Shown one piece after another: positions 9,733 through 17,867 of a DNA stretch of 64,000 nt. Position numbers and translations under genes: made by a program. The notes below the pieces were generated by a model that was not told the origin of the DNA, searched no databases, and saw only the letters and a program-made list of their open reading frames with translations. Origin of the DNA: Gemmatimonadales bacterium (lineage in GTDB: Bacteria > Gemmatimonadota > Gemmatimonadetes > Gemmatimonadales > GWC2-71-9); contig JBOHSN010000002.1 of the NCBI GenBank assembly GCA_050733215.1, positions 3,933-67,932 on the forward strand. The letters run 5' to 3'. Numbering within the stretch: the stretch's first letter is position 1; the number at the start of each line of letters is the position of its first letter.

Positions 9733-11115
9733 TCAGTAGCGTCCCAGATAACTGTCGATCTCCCACTTGCTCACTTGCAGATTGTACTGCAGCACTTCCT
9801 CACGCTTGGCCTCGAGAAACCGTTCCGTGAGGTGCTCGCCCAGCGCCGCCTTGACCACGTCGTCTTTCTCGAAGTACTCCAGTGCCTCGTGGAGATCGCG
9901 GGGCAACTCATCGATGCGATACTTGCGCCGGTCGCGGTAGCTCATCCGGAAGATGTTGCGGTTCACCGGCTCGCGGGGGGGGAGCTTCTCCTCCACACCG
10001 TGGAGCCCGGCCGCGAGCTGCACAGTGAGGGCGAGGTACGGATTGGCTGATGGATCGGGCATGCGGAGCTCGCACCGCGTGCCGAGCCCCCGCCGGTCGG
10101 GAATGCGGACCAGGGGTGACCGGTTCCGCATCGACCAGGCGACGTTCACCGGTGCCTCGTAGCCGGGAACCAGCCGCTTGTAGCTGTTGATCAGCGGGTT
10201 GGTGATGGCGCAGAACCCGCGCGCGTGCTGCAGCAGGCCCTCGATGTAGTGCATCGCGACGGCCGAGAGCTGGTGCTCCGCTTTCGGGTCGAGGAACGCG
10301 TTGTCCTTCCCGCGGAACAGCGACTGATGCGTGTGCATGCCGCTCCCGTTCTGCCCCTGAATCGGCTTGGGCATGAACGAGGCGAGGTAGCCATGGCGCC
10401 GCGCCACGTCGCGCACGATGAACCGGAAGGTGGCGATGTTGTCGGCCGTCGTCAGCGCGTCGGCGTAGCGGAAGTCGATCTCGTGCTGCCCCGGGGCTAC
10501 TTCGTGGTGCGCCGCCTCGACCTCGAACCCCATCAGCTCGAGGTGCTCCACCATGACCCGCCGGATCTCTTCGCCGCGGTCCACGGGGCTCAGGTCGAAG
10601 TACGCGCCGGAATCGTGGGTGATCGTGCTGGGGGATCCCTCCGGCGACATCTCGAACAGGAAGAACTCCGCCTCGCAGCCGGCCATCATCGTGAAGCCGA
10701 GCTTCTTCGCGCGGTCGATCTGCCGCTTGAGCACCGTGCGCGGGCAGCCCGCAAACGGCTCCTCGTCCGGCGTGCGGATGTCGCAGATGAGTCTGGCCAC
10801 CCGTCCGCCCTCGTCGTCGTAGGGCAGAATACGGAACGTGTCGAGGTCGGGCCGGAGCAGCATGTCCGACTCTTCGATCCGGACGAAGCCCTCGATTGAC
10901 GAGCCGTCGAACATGATCTGGCCGTCGAGCGCCTTCTCGAACTGGCTGCGCGGCACCTCGACGTTCTTGTTCACACCGAGGATATCCGTGAACTGGAGCC
11001 GGAGGAAATCGACGCCGAACCGCTCGACCAGCCCGAGCACGTCGCGCTTGGCTGCGCCGCTCAGGTCGGTCGGGAAGCTTTCGCGCGCGGGGCGGGACGG
11101 CGTGGAGGCTGCCAT
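9733..11115 (-). CDS. glnA: Glutamine synthetase, type I
   Basis: 460 aa with FTDILGVNKNVEVP, FDGSSIEGF and KPIQGQNGSGMHTHQSLF, followed by NPYLALTV. Confidence 0.92.
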   Translation of the reverse strand: MAASTPSRPARESFPTDLSGAAKRDVLGLVERFGVDFLRLQFTDILGVNKNVEVPRSQFEKALDGQIMFDGSSIEGFVRIEESDMLLRPDLDTFRILPYDDEGGRVARLICDIRTPDEEPFAGCPRTVLKRQIDRAKKLGFTMMAGCEAEFFLFEMSPEGSPSTITHDSGAYFDLSPVDRGEEIRRVMVEHLELMGFEVEAAHHEVAPGQHEIDFRYADALTTADNIATFRFIVRDVARRHGYLASFMPKPIQGQNGSGMHTHQSLFRGKDNAFLDPKAEHQLSAVAMHYIEGLLQHARGFCAITNPLINSYKRLVPGYEAPVNVAWSMRNRSPLVRIPDRRGLGTRCELRMPDPSANPYLALTVQLAAGLHGVEEKLPPREPVNRNIFRMSYRDRRKYRIDELPRDLHEALEYFEKDDVVKAALGEHLTERFLEAKREEVLQYNLQVSKWEIDSYLGRY

Positions 11116-11229
11116 GGCGGCTCTTGGGAGAGGACGACTGGGAAAGCTACGGACGCCCCGGATCGGACGCTACTGGAGCGAAGACCGCCGCTTCCCGTTC
11201 CGCGATTCCCGTTTACCGTTCACCCCGGC

Positions 11230-12003
11230 ATGACGCTACCCTCAGGGACGGTTTGCCCCGCCTGCGGCACCGCGGCGGGCGGGAACTTCTGTAGCGGCTG
11301 CGGCGCCAGCCTGGCCGAGCGGCGCTGCGGTCACTGCGGGGCCTCGGTCGTTGCCGGCGCCCGGTACTGTCATCGGTGCGGCCGCCCGGTCGGCGCCGCC
11401 GCTCCGCGCCGCTCGGACCGGATCCCATGGCTGATCGCCGCGGCGCTGGTCGTGTTGCTGGTCGGCGGGATCGTGGCCCGGGTGCAGCGCGGGACCCCCG
11501 CCCCGGTCGTGCCCGACATGGCGAACCCCGGGACCCCCGGAGCCGGGGGCGGCCGGGCGGCCGGGCGGGCGCCGGACATCAGCCAGATGTCGCCCCGCGA
11601 GCGGTTCGACCGGCTGTTCAACCGGGTGGTGGCCGCGGCGGAGCGCGCCGACACCACCGAGGTGCTCCGTTTCGTGCCGATGGCGCTCGGCGCCTATGAG
11701 CAATTGGACCGCAGGGACGCCGACGCCCGCTACCACGCCGCGGTGCTCCTGCTCGAGACCGGGCAGCTCGACGAGGCCGCCGCCCTCGCCGATACGATCC
11801 TGTCCGAGTCTCCCGACCATCTCTTCGGGTTCGTGATCCGAGCGACTATGGCCGACCGGCGCGGCGACTCGGCAGCCGGGCGGCGTGCCCGCGAGGAGTT
11901 CGGCCGACGCTATGCGGCAGAGCTCGCCAGGGGAAGGCCCGAATACGAGGAGCACCGGGCGGCGCTGGACGCGTTTCGAAAGCCGGTGAGCGGTGAGCGG
12001 TGA
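11230..12003 (+). CDS. Zinc-ribbon / TM / TPR-like protein
   Basis: 257 aa with three CxxC pairs (CPACG..CSGCG..CGHCG..CHRCG), one TM helix (PWLIAAALVVLLVGGIV) and a helical-repeat C-terminus. The last 6 codons lie inside repeat 11985-12073. Confidence 0.8.
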   Translation: MTLPSGTVCPACGTAAGGNFCSGCGASLAERRCGHCGASVVAGARYCHRCGRPVGAAAPRRSDRIPWLIAAALVVLLVGGIVARVQRGTPAPVVPDMANPGTPGAGGGRAAGRAPDISQMSPRERFDRLFNRVVAAAERADTTEVLRFVPMALGAYEQLDRRDADARYHAAVLLLETGQLDEAAALADTILSESPDHLFGFVIRATMADRRGDSAAGRRAREEFGRRYAAELARGRPEYEEHRAALDAFRKPVSGER

Positions 12004-12073
12004 GCGGAAAGCGGGCGGCTTCAGGTCGTCGGCGGCGACCGCCGGTCGCCCCGCTCACCGCTCACGGCTCACC
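11985..12073. repeat. Inverted arrays of GGTGAGC heptamers around a GC hairpin
   Basis: Left arm is (GGTGAGC)x3+GG at 11985-12007. Right arm CCGCTCACCGCTCACGGCTCACC at 12051-12073 matches its reverse complement at 22 of 23 positions. The core contains GGCGAC-cgccg-GTCGCC. Confidence 0.85.
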
Positions 12074-12090
12074 AAAGAACGGAGCTACCC

Positions 12091-12933
12091 ATGCCAACGG
12101 TGATAAGGGTCGCCCACAGCCCCGATTCCGATGACGCGTTCATGTTCTGGGCGCTCGCGGACGACAAGCTCGACACCGGCGACCTTCGCTATGCCCACGA
12201 GCTCGCCGACATCGAGACGCTCAATCGCCGCGCGCTGGCCGGCGAGCTCGAGGTGTCGGCGGTGTCCATCCACGCCTACGCGTACCTCGCCCACCGGTAC
12301 GCGCTGCTGGGTTGCGGCGCTTCGATGGGCGATGGCTACGGGCCGCGGGTCGTCTCCCGCGCCGAGGCGCCGGCCGATCCGCGGGCGGCGCTGGCCGGCC
12401 TCCGGGTGGCGGTCCCCGGCCTCCTGACCACGGCGTACCTCGCCCTCCGCCTGTACCAGCCCGCGCTCGAGGCGGTGGTGACCCCCTTCGACCAGATCGA
12501 GGATGCGGTGCTGGCCGGTGACGTGAACGCGGGGCTCCTCATTCACGAGGGGCAGCTCACCTACGCCGATGCCGGCCTCCGGCTCTGGGCCGATCTCGGT
12601 GCGTGGTGGCTCGCCGATACCGGGCTCCCCCTGCCGCTCGGCGGGAATGTGGCGCGGCGAGATCTCGGCGCGGACGTGCTGCAGCAGATCGCGCGCGACC
12701 TTCGTGCCAGCATCTGCTATGCGCTGGAGCATCGTGCCCCCGCCCTCGCGCACGCCGGCCGCTACAGCCGGGGCTTGAACGATGCGCACACCGACCGGTT
12801 CGTGGGCATGTACGTCAACGAGTGGACCGTGGACTGGGGTCCCCGCGGGCGCCGCGCCGTGCAGCTCCTGCTGGATCGCGGTGCGGACGCCGGCCACATC
12901 CCACACCGCGTGGCGGTGGAGTTCGTCGGGTAG
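12091..12933 (+). CDS. MqnA/MqnD-family protein (futalosine-pathway menaquinone biosynthesis-like)
   Basis: 280 aa. N-terminus IRVAHSPDSDDAFMFWAL is the family signature, and the fold is periplasmic-binding-protein-like. Confidence 0.75.
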   Translation: MPTVIRVAHSPDSDDAFMFWALADDKLDTGDLRYAHELADIETLNRRALAGELEVSAVSIHAYAYLAHRYALLGCGASMGDGYGPRVVSRAEAPADPRAALAGLRVAVPGLLTTAYLALRLYQPALEAVVTPFDQIEDAVLAGDVNAGLLIHEGQLTYADAGLRLWADLGAWWLADTGLPLPLGGNVARRDLGADVLQQIARDLRASICYALEHRAPALAHAGRYSRGLNDAHTDRFVGMYVNEWTVDWGPRGRRAVQLLLDRGADAGHIPHRVAVEFVG

Positions 12934-13979
12934 TGGTCACGATCCTCGTCGTGGACGACGATGACAGCGTACGCGGGGCTGTCGGCCGGTTCCTCCACCT
13001 GCGCGGCTACGAGGCCCTGACCGCGGCCAGCGGGGAGGATGCGCTCCAGGTGCTGGCCCGCCGCAAGGTCACTGCCGTGCTGCTCGACGTGCATCTGCCC
13101 GGCGTGAGCGGCGTGGACCTCGTGCCCCGCGTACTCGCCGCCGAGCCCGACGCCGCCCTGCTCATGCTCACCGCCGTGAACGACGCGACCAGCGCCGCCC
13201 TCTGCATGCAGCGCGGAGCGATGGACTACCTCATCAAGCCGGTGGACCTCGCCCAGCTCGACCGCGCGCTCGAGCGGGCGCTCGGGCGCCGCGTCGAGCA
13301 GCTTGAAAGCCGGCGGCGGCAGCAGCACCTCACGGAGGAAGTGGCGATCGGGCGCGCCGCGCTCACCCGGGAGCGCGCCAACGTAGAGCGGATCTCGCTC
13401 GCCACGCTCGACGCGCTCGTGAACGCCCTCGAAGCCAAGGACCCCTATCTGCGCGGGCATTCCGCGCGCGTGGGGGAGCTGTCCGCGCTCGTCGCGATCG
13501 AGCAGGGCCGCGACGACGCCGAGGTCGAGGCGGTCCGGATCGCGGGGCGGCTCCACGACATCGGAGAGATCGGGATCCGTGACGATGTGCTCGGCAAGCA
13601 GGGCGCGCTCTCCGATGCCGAGTTCGAGCAAGTGAAGCAACACGTCCTCGTGGGGACCCAGATCCTCGCCCCGCTCGTGCATCTCGAGCCCGTGATCGAG
13701 TTCGTGCGGGGCCACCACGAACGATGGGATGGCAGCGGCTATCCCGACCGGCTCGCGGGCGAGGCGATCCCGTGGGGCGCCCGGGTGATCGGCGCGGTCG
13801 AGGTCTACGACGCGCTGACCACCCCGCGGCCGTATCAGCAGACCATGACGCGGGGTCGGGCGCTCCGGCGGCTGGCCGACCTGGCCGGGACGATGATCGA
13901 CCCGGCGCTCCCCGCCGCGCTCGCCGCCGCGGTGGAGCGGCGGGCCCAGCGGCTGCTGGGAGACCACCAGCTGGCGTGA
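12933..13979 (+). CDS. Response regulator with HD-GYP phosphodiesterase domain
   Basis: A GTG at 12933 overlaps the TAG of the upstream gene by 1 nt. REC domain (ILVVDDDDSVR...LLDVHLPGVSG...IKP) plus HD-GYP motifs (HDIGE, HHERWDGSGYP). Confidence 0.88.
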   Translation: MVTILVVDDDDSVRGAVGRFLHLRGYEALTAASGEDALQVLARRKVTAVLLDVHLPGVSGVDLVPRVLAAEPDAALLMLTAVNDATSAALCMQRGAMDYLIKPVDLAQLDRALERALGRRVEQLESRRRQQHLTEEVAIGRAALTRERANVERISLATLDALVNALEAKDPYLRGHSARVGELSALVAIEQGRDDAEVEAVRIAGRLHDIGEIGIRDDVLGKQGALSDAEFEQVKQHVLVGTQILAPLVHLEPVIEFVRGHHERWDGSGYPDRLAGEAIPWGARVIGAVEVYDALTTPRPYQQTMTRGRALRRLADLAGTMIDPALPAALAAAVERRAQRLLGDHQLA

Positions 13980-14014
13980 CGGCCGGATCGTGCCCGGCGG
14001 CGGGCGGCCCGATG

Positions 14015-15052
14015 CTACCGGGTCGCGGCGCCCGCCGAGGCTGGGCTTTGAAACGCCATCGTCTTCAGCCGCGCCACCCGCTGCTCGATGGGCGGGTGGG
14101 ACGCGAACAGGTCGCCCAGGAATCCCTCGCGCGATGTGAACGTGCTGGGGATGGGGTCCACGATGCAGAGGTGCGCCGCGCCCCGCGTGATCGCCCGCGT
14201 GGGCGCGGCCGCCCGGGACAGCTTCTCCAGCGCGGAGGCGAGCGCGGCAGGATTGCGGGTGAACTGCGCCCCCGTCGCGTCCGCCAGGTACTCGCGCTTG
14301 CGGCTCACCGACATGGCGAGCAGTCGCGACACGACCGGCGCGACGATGAGCGTCAGCAGCCAGAAGACCAGCACGATCAGCCCGAGCGGGCTCCCGCCGC
14401 CCTTCCCCTGCCCGCCGGCCCGTCGCCCGGCCTGCCCGCCGAACCCGCGTCCTCCGCGCCTCATCATCCGCCCCATCCCGTCGGACATCAGCGCGATCGC
14501 GCCGACCATCGCCGCGAGCAACGTCATGAGCCGGGTGTCGAGGTTGCGGATGTGCGCCATCTCATGGGCCACCACGCCCTGCAGCTCGTCGCGGTCCAGC
14601 GCGTGAAGCAGTCCGTCGGTCACGGCCACGCTCGCGTCCTCCGGCCCGCGACCGGTGGCGAACGCATTGGGGTCGCCGTCGGGAACGACCCAGATGCGCG
14701 GGCGCGGCAGCCCTGACGCGATGGCCATCTCCTCGACCACGTTGACGAGCTGGCGCTGCTCCGGGGTCGCCGGCTCGATCACCTCCCACGCGCCGGTTGC
14801 CCAGAGCACCCGCTCGGGGCCGCGGCGCCACGAGTACCAGCAGATGGCGGCGGCGGCGACCGTGGTAAAGATGCCGATGATCGGAAAGCTGTGCTGGTAG
14901 GCGCCGCCCGCATCGCGCGTCAGCAGCAGGAACGCGACGTCGCCGCCGAAGCCCACCCAGGCGAAGAACGCGATGAATCCCGCGACCAGCCACTTCGATC
15001 GCTCGCGGTTCGTCTCCTGCTGCTCGAAGAGATTCGGAGCGCGCTCGTTCAT
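14015..15052 (-). CDS. M48-family (HtpX-like) membrane zinc metalloprotease
   Basis: Start taken at MNERAPNLF (ATG 15052). Two N-terminal TM helices, HEMAHIRNLD (HExxH) and further TM helices. It lies downstream of lemA, which is a common pairing. Confidence 0.85.
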   Translation of the reverse strand: MNERAPNLFEQQETNRERSKWLVAGFIAFFAWVGFGGDVAFLLLTRDAGGAYQHSFPIIGIFTTVAAAAICWYSWRRGPERVLWATGAWEVIEPATPEQRQLVNVVEEMAIASGLPRPRIWVVPDGDPNAFATGRGPEDASVAVTDGLLHALDRDELQGVVAHEMAHIRNLDTRLMTLLAAMVGAIALMSDGMGRMMRRGGRGFGGQAGRRAGGQGKGGGSPLGLIVLVFWLLTLIVAPVVSRLLAMSVSRKREYLADATGAQFTRNPAALASALEKLSRAAAPTRAITRGAAHLCIVDPIPSTFTSREGFLGDLFASHPPIEQRVARLKTMAFQSPASAGAATR

Positions 15053-15110
15053 GGCGGCGATGGTGCCGGCTTGCCTCGGTTCAGCACGACCCTCCGGGGG
15101 CCGCCCGCGG

Positions 15111-15686
15111 TCAGGCCGCGGGTGGCTTGCCGAGCGACAGATCCACCTTCGGCACCGCGCGCTCGGCGGCGTCCTCGATCGCCCAGAGCTCCGCGGGCGA
15201 CGCCTGGGCAAGCCCGGCTACCAGGTTCGTCGGAATCTGCGCCTGCTTCGTGTTGTATTGCGTCGCCACGTCGTTATAGAGCTGCCGGGCGAACCCGATC
15301 TTGTTCTCGGTACTGGTCAGCTCCTCCTGGAGCTGAAGCACGTTCTGGTTCGACTTGAGATCGGGATAGGCTTCCGCCACCGCAAAGAGACGGCCAAGCG
15401 CCTGCGACAGCTCGCCTTCGGCCTGCGCCGTGGCGCGCACGCCGGTCGCCGCCACCGCCTTGCTCCGGGCGGAGATCACGGCTTCCAGTGTCGCGCGCTC
15501 GAACTCCATGGCTCCCTTCACGGTGCCGACGAGGTTCGGGATCAGGTCGTGCCGGCGCTTGAGCTGCACGTCGATCTGCATCCACGCGTTCGCGACCTGG
15601 TTCCTGAGCCCGATGAGCGAGTTGTAGGCGCCGATCATCCAGAAGGCGATGACGGCGAGGATGGCGAGCAGGACGACCGTGCCCAT
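15111..15686 (-). CDS. lemA: LemA family protein
   Basis: 191 aa with an N-terminal TM helix followed by YNSLIGLRNQVANAWMQIDVQLKRRHDLIPNLV, typical of LemA. Confidence 0.9.
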   Translation of the reverse strand: MGTVVLLAILAVIAFWMIGAYNSLIGLRNQVANAWMQIDVQLKRRHDLIPNLVGTVKGAMEFERATLEAVISARSKAVAATGVRATAQAEGELSQALGRLFAVAEAYPDLKSNQNVLQLQEELTSTENKIGFARQLYNDVATQYNTKQAQIPTNLVAGLAQASPAELWAIEDAAERAVPKVDLSLGKPPAA

Positions 15687-15725
15687 GGGGCGGACCTCCG
15701 TTGCCGGTGCGAGAGGGTGATCGGT

Positions 15726-16367
15726 TCAGCGAAGTGCGGCGCGCACCGCCTCGTCGAGCGCGGCGCGCACGCGGGCGGCGAGTCCGGTGTCGCCGCCGAG
15801 CTGCAGCGCCGGATGGGCCTCGTCCACCAGCAGCTCGACGCCAGGCGCGATGGCGATCCGGCGGCAGGCCGAGGATCGCGGCGCCTCGCTGGGGGGCGGC
15901 GCCAACCAGGCGTCGACTGCTCGCGCCACGCGGCCCCGAGCGGTGCCGGGTCCGCGCAGGAGCTGGAGGTCGGCGGGCCGCGGAAGCCGCGGACCCAGCG
16001 CCGCGGCCACCCGGCGCTCCACCGCATCCCCCGTGAGCCCGGCGAGGTCCCGCTCGATCGTCTCGAGCGTGGCCCCCTCCATCTGGCGGAACTTCACCGC
16101 GAGCACCTGGAGCAGGTGCCGGTAGCCGTAAGTGGCCGCGGTGCCGCGGCCGTCGGGCGCGTTCACGAGATGGCGCGCCACGTAGAAGCGGATCGTGCGC
16201 TCCGTGGGCCGCGAGCGGGCGACTGCGCTCACCGGCACGACGCCCGAGGCGTCGAGGATCCCCGCGGCGAGCGCGGTGAGGTCGCGCAGACCCCAGGGGG
16301 CCAGGCCGCGATACTCGCGGAGCGTGGCCAGCGGATCGACCGGCGGCGCCGAGAGGGCCGCGGTCAT
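15726..16367 (-). CDS. Hypothetical protein with MerR-like HTH segment
   Basis: 213 aa. TERTIRFYVARHLVNAPDGRGTAATYGYRHLLQVLAVKFRQ resembles a MerR-type HTH/wing. Its ATG overlaps the TGA of the upstream REC gene (ATGA). Confidence 0.7.
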   Translation of the reverse strand: MTAALSAPPVDPLATLREYRGLAPWGLRDLTALAAGILDASGVVPVSAVARSRPTERTIRFYVARHLVNAPDGRGTAATYGYRHLLQVLAVKFRQMEGATLETIERDLAGLTGDAVERRVAAALGPRLPRPADLQLLRGPGTARGRVARAVDAWLAPPPSEAPRSSACRRIAIAPGVELLVDEAHPALQLGGDTGLAARVRAALDEAVRAALR

Positions 16368-16759
16368 AGTCCGTTGCTCTGGCGGCGGTCACCCGGCTCG
16401 ACCACCGAGCCGACGGTGTGGGCGAGCACGTCGAGCGTGAACGGCTTCGCCAGCATCGGGCAGTCGCGGAGCTCCTGCGGCCAATCCTCGGTGCCGGTCC
16501 AGGGATCGCCCGACATGAGAATGACGCGGCCGCGCAGGTACGGCCACTGCCGCACGACGGCGAAGTAGAACGCGTCGCCCAGCGTGTGCGGCAGCCGGAG
16601 ATCGAGCACCAGCGCGTCGAACCTGCTCTCCATCAGCATCACGTAGGCCGATGACGGATCGCCCGAGCTCGCGACCTCATAGCCGAACGAGACGAGTGCG
16701 CGCTCGAGCGCCCGGCGCAGCGCGGGCTCGTCCTCGAGAATCAGTACCCGGGAGGTCAT
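16364..16759 (-). CDS. Single-domain response regulator (REC)
   Basis: Internal ATG at 16759 gives MTSRVLILEDEPALRRALERAL...ALVLDLRLP...MSGDP...LAKPF (131 aa). It has 4-nt overlaps with both neighbours. Confidence 0.85.
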   Translation of the reverse strand: MTSRVLILEDEPALRRALERALVSFGYEVASSGDPSSAYVMLMESRFDALVLDLRLPHTLGDAFYFAVVRQWPYLRGRVILMSGDPWTGTEDWPQELRDCPMLAKPFTLDVLAHTVGSVVEPGDRRQSNGL

Positions 16760-17556
16760 GAGGCAGCCGCCCGCTCGCGGCCGACGTACCGCCGCACGAC
16801 GAGCTCCAGCGCTTCTTCGGGCGACACCGACATGCGGAGATCTCCGGCAGTGAGCCCGAACACGTCCCTGAAATGCGCCTGGAGGGTTCGGGGGGTGGCG
16901 TAGCCGAGCTTCAGCGCGACGTCCTCGATGGTGTAGCCCGGATCCAGCAGCAGGCGGTGCGCGTAGAGCACCCGCGCGAGCAGCATCACGACCTTGGGCG
17001 ACGGCAGTCCGGCGCGGGCGAAGCTCCGCTCGCACGTGCGGCGGGTGATCTGCGCCCGGCGCGCCAGGGCCGACACGGTGAGGCAGTCGGCCGGCGAACG
17101 AAGCGCGGCCTCGAGCGCGGGCCGGACCGGCTCCGGCAGCCCCGGGAGCGCGAGGGCAAGTTGCTGAATCAGCACCTGGGACGCGCTCTGGTCCAGCTCG
17201 GCCCTGAGCATGCGCCGAATGGCCGCGGGCGCGTCGTCGAAGCGCTCGAACAACACCCGCCGGATCCCGACCCGGCCCAGATCCAGCAGCACGCCCGCCG
17301 TGTCGGGCGCCAGCGCTGTGTAGATGACGAGCGGCAGCGACGGGAAGTGCTGGTGCAGCCGGGCAATCTCGACCGATCGTGGTGCCTGCCCGAGGAGCGG
17401 GTCCACGACGGCGAGATCGACCGCGCGAGTACGGATGACCTCCACGGCGTCGGGCCAGGTCCTGGCCGGCAGCCACTCATACCGTTCCGGATCCACGGCA
17501 CACAGGCGGAACAATCGCGCCTCGGTGACGGCGGCCAGGATCGGTACCTGTCGCAT
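16756..17556 (-). CDS. AraC-family transcriptional regulator with N-terminal receiver-like domain
   Basis: The C-terminal AraC HTH pair reads LTVSALARRAQITRRTCERSF...YTIEDVALKLGYATPRTLQAHFRDVFGLT. Start chosen at MRQVPIL (17556). An upstream start at 17688 is also possible. Confidence 0.8.
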   Translation of the reverse strand: MRQVPILAAVTEARLFRLCAVDPERYEWLPARTWPDAVEVIRTRAVDLAVVDPLLGQAPRSVEIARLHQHFPSLPLVIYTALAPDTAGVLLDLGRVGIRRVLFERFDDAPAAIRRMLRAELDQSASQVLIQQLALALPGLPEPVRPALEAALRSPADCLTVSALARRAQITRRTCERSFARAGLPSPKVVMLLARVLYAHRLLLDPGYTIEDVALKLGYATPRTLQAHFRDVFGLTAGDLRMSVSPEEALELVVRRYVGRERAAAS

Positions 17557-17654
17557 TTGCGCCCCTCGATGTCGCAAAATCGCCCTAACGCGGATGCCCG
17601 AGAACCCGTAGCGTGCTGGGTCCCTGAAAAACCCGTCTACGGAGGGCATTTCCC

Positions 17655-17837
17655 ATGTCCAGTCGCCGCTTGGCCTTGCTTGCCGCACTCACCGTCGTCA
17701 GCCTCTCGACGGCCGCCTGTTCGGACACGACCGGTCCGAGCTCCACTCTCGAGCCCCAACTCTCCGAGACTCAGGGCTCGAACAACAAGATCACCCGCAT
17801 CACCACGACGTCGGAGACCCAGGGCTCCAACAACTGA
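17655..17837 (+). CDS. Small lipoprotein with duplicated SETQGSNN motif
   Basis: 60 aa. GGAGGG lies 9 nt upstream of the ATG. Lipobox LSTAAC, and an internal 24-nt direct repeat encoding SETQGSNN twice, the second copy being the C-terminus. Confidence 0.6.
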   Translation: MSSRRLALLAALTVVSLSTAACSDTTGPSSTLEPQLSETQGSNNKITRITTTSETQGSNN

Positions 17838-17867
17838 GGCCGGGGCCCTGGCGAGCCGAGGCTCCGG

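Noticed and set aside
11116-11229. Glutamine riboswitch or sigma54 promoter upstream of glnA
   Set aside because: I found no TGGCAC-N5-TTGCW and no convincing glnA-motif core. There are only scattered ACGG/GGAA words.
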